Shown: positions 57,855 to 64,000 of the stretch, one piece after another
Position numbering within the stretch: the first letter of the stretch is position 1
Layout of the letters: every line of letters begins with the position of its first letter
Assembly (NCBI GenBank): GCA_038729485.1
Contig: JAVYRX010000004.1
Coordinates: 10,183-74,182, forward strand
Direction of reading: 5' to 3'
Source of the DNA: Thermoplasmatales archaeon
Lineage (GTDB): Archaea > Thermoplasmatota > Thermoplasmata > Thermoplasmatales > GCA-001856825
Length of the DNA stretch: 64,000 nucleotides
Program-made: the position numbers and the translations under genes
The notes under the pieces: model-generated
Told to the model about the DNA's origin: nothing
What the model saw: the letters and a program-made list of their open reading frames with translations, nothing else
Databases searched by the model: none

Positions 57855-58925
57855 TCACTGTATCCTACGAATCGCACTAACTTTCATTAAGAGAACCTTT
57901 GGAGGAACCTTGAAGAAATACTCATTTTCTACACCACCGCCGTAACCTCGGCCAAGTTTCTTCTTACCGATGAATCCTGAAAGCTCTAGGGAGTTGACAA
58001 ACTTGTACAGCTTAGAATCCGAAATGTCAGGCCTAAGTTTCTTGATTTCTATGCTTCTGAATGTGGGCCTCTCACCCAGTTCGTTTAAAACGTCTTCAAG
58101 CATTTCTATATCGTCCTGTTCCAGATTTGCTAACGAACTGTCCTCTAAAGGCGGAGAAAATTCCCTGTATGCTTCCAGGACTACATTTTCGTCCAAATAG
58201 GTGCCCCGGGCCTCCGCCATCAGGGATGAGCTCTTAAGCAGTTCAATTGCAGTTCTTGCGCTGCCGCTATTTTCGACAAGATAAGAAATTCTGTCAAGAG
58301 CGTCTGATGCGTAGGAGCCATCATAAAGGCCCGCCTCTGCTCTTTCTTTGATTATGCTAAGAAGCTCTTCCCTTGAATACTCCCTTAACGTTATTCTGTT
58401 GTATTTTCCGAGGCCTGAAATAGTGCTATTATCCAAAAACATTTCTGGCTCTTCTATAGTTAAAAGAACTAGATTTAGATTTGGGCCTCCAAGTTCATTG
58501 CTTCTAGAGAGGATATAAACGATCTGCGCATGAACCTTTCTTAATGAGTGTGCCTCGTCAAGTATTATCATAGACTTGTTAGGCAGCTCTTTTAGCAGAA
58601 GCTTGAAGAGATAATCCGTGGAAACATTCTGGTATTCGTATGACCTACCTGTTAGCAAGTTAAGAACGTGCGTTACGATCGACCTGTCTGTGGAATTGAC
58701 GTAACAGTTTACGTAAATCCCGTTCAATTCAGGGAGCTGCTTCACCAAATACTTTCCGAGGAGAGTCTTCCCTACGCCAGGATTCCCTCTAACGATGAAT
58801 ATTGAAGAATCGCTTAGGTGCATCAAGTTCACGATTCTTGAGACATATTGCTCTCTGCCAACAAACTTTGAGGGTATGTAGTCTTGAGAAAATACGGACT
58901 GATTAGATATGACCTTCATTTTCAT
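57855..58925 (-). CDS. cdc6-2: Orc1/Cdc6 replication initiator (paralog 2, shorter)
   Basis: YIPSKFVGREQ, Walker A GNPGVGKTL, Walker B MIILDEAH, GSARTAIELLK and a C-terminal winged helix (LYKFVNSLELSGFIGKKKLGRGYGG). 356 aa. Confidence 0.85.
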   Translation of the reverse strand: MKMKVISNQSVFSQDYIPSKFVGREQYVSRIVNLMHLSDSSIFIVRGNPGVGKTLLGKYLVKQLPELNGIYVNCYVNSTDRSIVTHVLNLLTGRSYEYQNVSTDYLFKLLLKELPNKSMIILDEAHSLRKVHAQIVYILSRSNELGGPNLNLVLLTIEEPEMFLDNSTISGLGKYNRITLREYSREELLSIIKERAEAGLYDGSYASDALDRISYLVENSGSARTAIELLKSSSLMAEARGTYLDENVVLEAYREFSPPLEDSSLANLEQDDIEMLEDVLNELGERPTFRSIEIKKLRPDISDSKLYKFVNSLELSGFIGKKKLGRGYGGGVENEYFFKVPPKVLLMKVSAIRRIQ

Positions 58926-58967
58926 ACTTCAAACAAAAATTAATTATAAAGCCTACTATGAAGGGGT

Positions 58968-59900
58968 ATGGAATTTATAACGCTAGGGAAATCTGATCTA
59001 AAGGTGTCTGTGATCGGTTTAGGAGCCTGGCAGGCTGGCGCGAAGGGCTGGGGGAAGATTGTAGATTCCGACGTAAAGGATGCAATTTTGACTTCTGTAG
59101 AACTAGGCTTAAATTTCATAGATACTGCTGAAGTTTATGGCGACGGACATTCCGAAGAGGTTATAGGGCAGGTTATAAAAGATTTCAGAGACGAAATCGT
59201 CATTGCGACAAAGGTTTCCGGTAACCACCTGAAGCCGGACCACATAGAAAGGGCGCTGGAGGGAAGCTTGAAGAGGCTGAATACTAACTATATAGATCTA
59301 TATCAGATACACTGGCCAGACATTTATACGTCGCTCAGGGACACAATGAAGACATTGGAAAGATTGGCCGCAAATGGCAAAATAAGATACATAGGCCTGT
59401 CCAACTTTAGCGTATGCCAAATAGAGGAAGCCAGGTCATATCTTTCGACGATGGACATAGTTTCAAACCAAGTCAGATACAACATAATACAGCGGGAGAT
59501 AGAGGATGAGATGCTTCCGTATCTCAACAAGGAAAAGATAAGCGTTATTGCATATTCCCCCCTGGCTCAGGGGCTGTTGACGTTCAAATATGATCACGCG
59601 TCCTTTGAGCCAACAGACGTTAGACGCAGCAATAAGCTATTTTCTGAAAGCAACATAAAAATAATTTCTTCTTTTTTGGCCGTGCTAAGGGAGATATCTA
59701 TGGAAACAGGCCATTCGGTTGTACAGATTGCGCTTAACTGGCTCATATCCAAGGGAAACATTGTCCCCATTCCAGGTGCGAAGAACAGGGATCAGGCCAC
59801 AATAAATTTACAGTCCAGTGGATGGCGTCTAGACCCGGAACAGAACAAGAGGATTGAGGAAAAATACCGGGAAATAACGGATAAGATAGACCTTTTCTGA
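58968..59900 (+). CDS. Aldo/keto reductase
   Basis: GLGAW, FIDTAEVYGDGHSEE (catalytic Asp/Tyr), ATKV (Lys), LYQIHWPD (His), IGLSNF and IPGAKN. Confidence 0.9.
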   Translation: MEFITLGKSDLKVSVIGLGAWQAGAKGWGKIVDSDVKDAILTSVELGLNFIDTAEVYGDGHSEEVIGQVIKDFRDEIVIATKVSGNHLKPDHIERALEGSLKRLNTNYIDLYQIHWPDIYTSLRDTMKTLERLAANGKIRYIGLSNFSVCQIEEARSYLSTMDIVSNQVRYNIIQREIEDEMLPYLNKEKISVIAYSPLAQGLLTFKYDHASFEPTDVRRSNKLFSESNIKIISSFLAVLREISMETGHSVVQIALNWLISKGNIVPIPGAKNRDQATINLQSSGWRLDPEQNKRIEEKYREITDKIDLF

Positions 59901-59905
59901 AAGGT

Positions 59906-60415
59906 CTAATCTTCCTCTTTTCCTATCAGCTCTATTTTTGACCCGAATAGCAGATTCTTGAACTCTGGAGAGACGTCGTATTGGCGAGTGGTGATGTTGC
60001 TCTCTATTAGCATGAGTTCAGAAAGTTCATCTGGGTAGCCTTCAGAAAATATAATCTCCCTTATTCCGGCGTTAATTATCATCTTGGAACAATCGGAACA
60101 AGGGTGAGTAGTGACGTATATGATGCTTCCATTTATTGCTGTTCCATTGTATGCGGCCTGTATTATAGCATTCTGTTCAGCATGAAGTCCCCTGCAGAGT
60201 TCTCTTCGCTCTCCCGAAGGAATTTTTAATTGCTCCCTCAGGCAGCCTATTTCGTCGCAGTGTAAGGAGCCTCTTGGGGGCCCATTATATCCTGTTGAAA
60301 TGATCCTTTTTTCCTTAACGATAACAGCACCGACCTTCCTTCTTACACAGTTGGATCTCGTCGCTGCCAAGAAAGCAATTCTCATAAAATACTCGTCCCA
60401 AGATGGTCTTTCCAT
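59906..60415 (-). CDS. Deoxycytidylate (dCMP) deaminase, ComEB-like
   Basis: WDEYFM, Zn motifs HAEQNAI and PCSDCSKMI. Confidence 0.9.
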   Translation of the reverse strand: MERPSWDEYFMRIAFLAATRSNCVRRKVGAVIVKEKRIISTGYNGPPRGSLHCDEIGCLREQLKIPSGERRELCRGLHAEQNAIIQAAYNGTAINGSIIYVTTHPCSDCSKMIINAGIREIIFSEGYPDELSELMLIESNITTRQYDVSPEFKNLLFGSKIELIGKEED

Positions 60416-60492
60416 TCTTGTTTAATGTAAGGCACGTAGAAAAATCTTTTCAGTTCCAAAAAGGTTAAATCGAAAATCACGTATTCATTATC

Positions 60493-60678
60493 ATGGCAAA
60501 ATATTCATTCAGGTGCGCGGATATTGGAATGAATTGTGGCTTTGAAACTAAGGCATCGACGAAGGAAGAGTTGATGCCGCTCATAGCGGAGCACGCCAAA
60601 ACAGCTCACAACATGTCCGAAATCCCACCAGACGTAATGGACAAAGTAAATAAGGCAATAAAGAAGAGTTTCTTCTGA
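60493..60678 (+). CDS. DUF1059 small protein
   Basis: 61 aa. MAKYSFRCADIGMNCGFETKASTKEELMPLIAEHAKTAHNM matches the DUF1059 pattern. Confidence 0.7.
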   Translation: MAKYSFRCADIGMNCGFETKASTKEELMPLIAEHAKTAHNMSEIPPDVMDKVNKAIKKSFF

Positions 60679-60780
60679 ACTCCCGGTAAAGATTACTCTA
60701 AGGAACGCGAATCTGTCCCGACATTCAAAGAGAAGAGAAAGGTAATAAGAGATTTGTAAGATTGATATTTGTGAGTATGT

Positions 60781-60906
60781 CTAGGTTTTTTTGCGTTTTT
60801 CCGCTTTAATGAATGCATTCTCTAGGTCTTTCCGTCTGGCTTTCTTTTCAGCTTCTTTCATTTGCTTCCTTTCCTCCTTCTTTATTTCCCTTTTCCATCC
60901 CCCCAT
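60781..60906 (-). CDS. Candidate 41-aa highly charged small protein
   Basis: My manual translation is MGGWKREIKKEERKQMKEAEKKARRKDLENAFIKAEKRKKT*. It is preceded by GAGGAGGAATAAA-ATG, a strong SD at canonical spacing. It is not in the ORF track because it is under 60 aa. Confidence 0.3.
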   Translation of the reverse strand: MGGWKREIKKEERKQMKEAEKKARRKDLENAFIKAEKRKKT

Positions 60907-61184
60907 TTTATTCCTCCTCTGTAATTTTCGTCATTTCAATCTGCAGTTTGGCTATCCTAAAGATCAGATTTTAGGTTTTCGGGCATAAATTGTCCTCCAT
61001 AATGGAATCGGAAAGAAAGATCATAGGAGAAAAATTGACAATCAAACCTGAAGAAGTCCAAAGGAATATGATAATATCCGCGCTATGCCTCGCCGTTTAT
61101 ATTGTTTTGGGCGTTCAAGAAATATATGGATGTGCATATTGCATTGCAATTCAGTCATCGTTAAGAATTCAGGTTCATTTATGA

Positions 61185-61259
61185 ATGCTCCGGCCGGGAT
61201 TTGAACCCGGGTCGTGGGATTGAGAGCCCCATATGCTTGGCCGGACTACACCACCGGAG
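61185..61259 (-). tRNA. trnE: tRNA-Glu (anticodon CTC)
   Basis: The reverse complement has acceptor GCTCCGG/CCGGAGC, anticodon arm TGGGG-CTCTCAA-TCCCA (CTC at 34-36), T arm CCGGG-TTCAAAT-CCCGG and discriminator A. No intron and no encoded CCA. Confidence 0.9.
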
Positions 61260-61431
61260 CTAGCCTTAATTCAGCATTGATATAAAATCTCTGTGAATGC
61301 CAGTATCTACATTAAAATTCATCTTGGCTTAATCGATTTTCAAGAATAGCAAGAATTGGGTCATTCCTAAGAAAGTTTGTCTAAATCCCTTTTTTACATT
61401 AAAACAATTGAAACTATAGAATTCCTTGCCG

Positions 61432-63771
61432 TCACAATATAAAACTAATCTTTCCCTTGGAAACGAAATACGCATTATTAACCGGAATGTCTTCGTATAT
61501 TCTTATACCTTTTTCCGTTATCGTAACTCTTCTTCCCTCCTCGACCAACCTGAATGTCGCTATCTTGTCGTTGCTTTCAGAGATAAATTTAACGATAGAT
61601 GACTCGTTCAGTTCGTCATCTTCAGTTTCTATCCTGAAATCATTTGTTTTTTCGGATTTTGGCTTATTCTGCCGAAATCCCACGTTACTTAGTGGTTCGG
61701 AGCGTTTGAGTTCATTGGGAACCAACCCTATTTTTCTCAAAGCGTTTCCTCTCTCCTCAGCACTCATTCCCGCCTTTATTGCCAGTGCTTTCTGAAGGAC
61801 TGACGTGATGTCGCTCGCTTTATTTATTGCTCTTTCGTCCCTTAACTCCTTTTCGGCCATTACCAGATGAAGCTCATTCTTGGCCCTGGTAAATGCAACG
61901 TAGAGTATCCTGACCTCTTCATCGGATGAAAACTTGAATTTTTCGCTTTTAGAGAATATGCCCCTGCTTGGGGAATTTATGAAATCCCTTTCTTTTTTTG
62001 GAATGGCACCAGAAAATTCGTCAACGTAGTATTTCTCTCTGTCAAGGCCTGCCTTCAGATCGTATATTACTACCACGTTAAATTCTAGTCCTTTTGCTTG
62101 ATGAATGGTCATGACCTTTAGCTTCGAGTCGTCCATCAATAGGTCGTCAATTGGGCCGCTTTCCTTTGTTTCCTGTGCATTTTTTATCCAGCTAACGAGT
62201 TCGTACGGATCGCCGCCGTATGATGTTACATGGGAAGATATTAGCTCCATTATTTTGCTCAACCTGCTTACCCTTTCCGGACCGTCTTTTTTTCCCAATA
62301 TATTAGAAACGTAGCCCTCCCTCCAGAGTATCTTGTTGATTACAAAATCTATCCTCTCAGAATACAGCATCTCTCTGTATTGGCCGAACCTGGAATTCAG
62401 CAAGGTTGAAAATTGCGATTTATTTCGGGCTAGATCTGAAACGCTCATATCAAAAAACGGGGAGAAGAGAAGAGAGGCTTGAGCAACCTGATCGCCCGGA
62501 TCTCCCAGGTACCTTATCAGGGATAAAATGTCCAATCCCTCCTGAGATTTCAGTATTGACTCACCTGATATCACCACGCATTCTATTCCCTCATTTCTAA
62601 GGAATCTCTTCAGGTTGAAGAAGTCTGAAGAAGTTCTGCTAAGGATTGCTATATTTGCTAGTTTTTCACCCTCCCTAACCTTATTTTTTACTATTTCCGC
62701 AACCGTTCTTAGTTTATCATCGGAGAAATAGATAAAGGCTCCACCATCTCTTTCGCTGAATGCTTCCATTTGCTGATAGTTCATTATTCTTGGAAAGAAG
62801 TTGTTGTAAAACGTAATCAAATTCTTGCCGCTTCTCCTGTTGGTAGGCAGCACCTGATGATTCTCTATTCTCTCAACGAGCCTCCTCTGCGCAGCTGGAT
62901 GTGCTCCCCTGAACGAATAGATGCTTTGGTTAAGGTCGCCAACAATGAAAAAGATTGTGCCATATTCTAAAAATTTCTTGAAAACTAAAACCTGGAGTTC
63001 GTCCGTGTCCTGGAATTCGTCAACTAGGATATATTTCACCTTTGATGAAATTTCATTCCCCTTTTCATTCAATATCGAAAGCGCATAAACTAAAAGGTCG
63101 TCAAAATCCATCAGGTTTTCGCTCTTTTTTACAAGTTGGTATTTCTCCACTATGCCGCTTACGATTGCAAGAAGGAGTGGAACCGCGGAAATGCGTGTCC
63201 TTGTGATGCATTCCTTCAAAATATTTGTATCGAACGAATTTCCTGAAAATCTGGTGAAAAAGGCCCCTTTGTTGCTGAGCATGTATGAGAAGTATCCTTT
63301 TCCTGTTTCTATGATGTCTACGGATTCCTTTATGATTTGCTCTATGTCCATGCCGAGATCGTCAAGGAGTTCGTCCTGACAAATTTTCAATTCACTCGGT
63401 TTCGTCGAATTTCTGAGGGAAATGAGATACTGCCTGGCAGTTTTCTCCAGAAGGTTGTGAGACTCCAGATCGTCCATAACGCGGAAATGCCAAGGAAGAC
63501 CTATGACTGACCCGTAGGATCTGAGAATTCGTGAGCAGAAATTATGTATTGTCCCGACGTTGGATTCTGGCAACTGCCTTATGAGGTCCGGCTTCCCTTC
63601 TTTGGCTGCCCTTTCCTTGAGTCTCTCAAGCATCTCCTTTGCGGCCCTTTCAGTGAATGTTATTGCGGCCACATGCTCGACCCCTTCGCTCAGCATTAGT
63701 TCGTAGCATTTGTTTATCAATGTTTCAGTTTTTCCGGATCCGGGAACGGCGGAAATGAAGCTGCTGTTCAC
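61432..63771 (-). CDS. UvrD/Rep/PcrA-type superfamily 1 helicase with an uncharacterised ~110-aa C-terminal extension
   Basis: Motif I AVPGSGKTE, Ia ITFTERAAKEM, II ILVDEFQDTD, III IVGDLNQSIYSFRGA, V VMTIHQAKGLEFNVVVI and VI LYVAFTRAKNEL. GTG start 1 nt after the upstream gene's stop. Confidence 0.9.
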   Translation of the reverse strand: MNSSFISAVPGSGKTETLINKCYELMLSEGVEHVAAITFTERAAKEMLERLKERAAKEGKPDLIRQLPESNVGTIHNFCSRILRSYGSVIGLPWHFRVMDDLESHNLLEKTARQYLISLRNSTKPSELKICQDELLDDLGMDIEQIIKESVDIIETGKGYFSYMLSNKGAFFTRFSGNSFDTNILKECITRTRISAVPLLLAIVSGIVEKYQLVKKSENLMDFDDLLVYALSILNEKGNEISSKVKYILVDEFQDTDELQVLVFKKFLEYGTIFFIVGDLNQSIYSFRGAHPAAQRRLVERIENHQVLPTNRRSGKNLITFYNNFFPRIMNYQQMEAFSERDGGAFIYFSDDKLRTVAEIVKNKVREGEKLANIAILSRTSSDFFNLKRFLRNEGIECVVISGESILKSQEGLDILSLIRYLGDPGDQVAQASLLFSPFFDMSVSDLARNKSQFSTLLNSRFGQYREMLYSERIDFVINKILWREGYVSNILGKKDGPERVSRLSKIMELISSHVTSYGGDPYELVSWIKNAQETKESGPIDDLLMDDSKLKVMTIHQAKGLEFNVVVIYDLKAGLDREKYYVDEFSGAIPKKERDFINSPSRGIFSKSEKFKFSSDEEVRILYVAFTRAKNELHLVMAEKELRDERAINKASDITSVLQKALAIKAGMSAEERGNALRKIGLVPNELKRSEPLSNVGFRQNKPKSEKTNDFRIETEDDELNESSIVKFISESNDKIATFRLVEEGRRVTITEKGIRIYEDIPVNNAYFVSKGKISFIL

Positions 63772-63772
63772 T

Positions 63773-64000
63773 CTACCACCTCCGCAGTTGAACTCTGCAT
63801 ACTGAAAGCAGGGGGCAGAAAAGCTGGTTCTCGCACTTCCATAAGCTTCCCCCTTCTTTTACAACTGGATCGCAGTCCCCTTCTAGCAGGTCATCAAGCG
63901 CAGTGTTAACAATCTTGCTGCATTTTTCTACTTGGGCAGACTCATTCGGTATCCCCTGGTAGAATCCAGCGGTTGCAAATCCCTCGGCCACGTCCCTAAA
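63773..64000 (-). CDS. C-terminal end of an upstream partner gene (possible PD-(D/E)XK / Cas4-AddB-like nuclease with Cys-rich tail); 5' end outside the window
   Basis: The frame is open to the window edge. The tail ...GDCDPVVKEGGSLWKCENQLFCPLLSVCRVQ has three closely spaced Cys plus one upstream, reminiscent of the Fe-S cluster tails of RecB-family nucleases. It is tightly coupled to the helicase gene. Confidence 0.35.
   Translation of the reverse strand, partial: FRDVAEGFATAGFYQGIPNESAQVEKCSKIVNTALDDLLEGDCDPVVKEGGSLWKCENQLFCPLLSVCRVQLRRW

Noticed and set aside
60791-61184. Two plus-strand ORFs (65 aa and 64 aa) between DUF1059 and tRNA-Glu
   Set aside because: The first is a Phe/Ser/Leu-rich mirror image of the charged minus-strand small ORF and starts with a non-ATG codon. 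The second has a non-ATG start and runs directly into the tRNA-Glu gene. Neither has a recognisable RBS or motif.
1-64000. CRISPR arrays, transposases, integrases, prophage or toxin-antitoxin and defence islands
   Set aside because: I found no spaced direct repeats, no recombinase or transposase-like ORFs and no att-like duplication of the tRNA 3' ends. The window looks like core chromosome, apart from the possible helicase-nuclease module at the right edge.

Overview
The window reads as densely packed core chromosome from an AT-rich euryarchaeon (roughly 40% G+C judged by eye, not computed). A Thermoplasmata-like lineage is my best guess. It rests on PolD, FtsZ, SepF and MCM occurring together, two Orc1/Cdc6 genes, an archaeal-type intron-bearing tRNA-Tyr with a C1:G72 pair, and a TPP riboswitch in front of an ABC importer. 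I can support about 70 protein genes, 3 tRNAs (Trp-CCA, Tyr-GTA with a 29-nt intron, Glu-CTC), one TPP riboswitch, an ORB-like origin motif pair next to orc1/cdc6, and a 4 x 13-bp tandem repeat at a padR promoter.

Gene content is dominated by three groups:
- Replication and division: PolB C-terminus, MCM, RNase HII, PolD large subunit, PCNA, two Orc1/Cdc6, FtsZ, SepF, dUTPase/dCTP-deaminase family, dCMP deaminase.
- Nucleotide and folate metabolism: purA, guaB, guaA subunit A, folP, folC.
- Translation and transcription: the Rpo7-Spt4-DUF359-S24e-S27ae cluster, metG, TtuA/NcsA, TrmJ-like.

I saw no CRISPR array, transposase, integrase or recognisable defence island.

The most unusual locus is a 176-aa FtsZ/tubulin N-domain-only protein with a degenerate GTP-binding signature loop. 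It lies 57 nt downstream of, and on the same strand as, the second Orc1/Cdc6 paralog, about 2.3 kb from the ORB-like motifs. Other items worth a second look:
- an unexplained ~105-aa N-terminal extension on dihydropteroate synthase
- a 354-aa orphan with a degenerate GHMP-kinase-like motif
- a PGI/PMI-like SIS protein lacking the expected catalytic motifs
- a nuclease/UvrD-like helicase pair with an uncharacterised C-terminal domain at the window edge
- an S27ae gene missing from the ORF track
- a 41-aa highly charged ORF with a strong Shine-Dalgarno sequence
- three long ORF-free stretches

All family assignments come from motif recognition by eye and memory. No database search was run.
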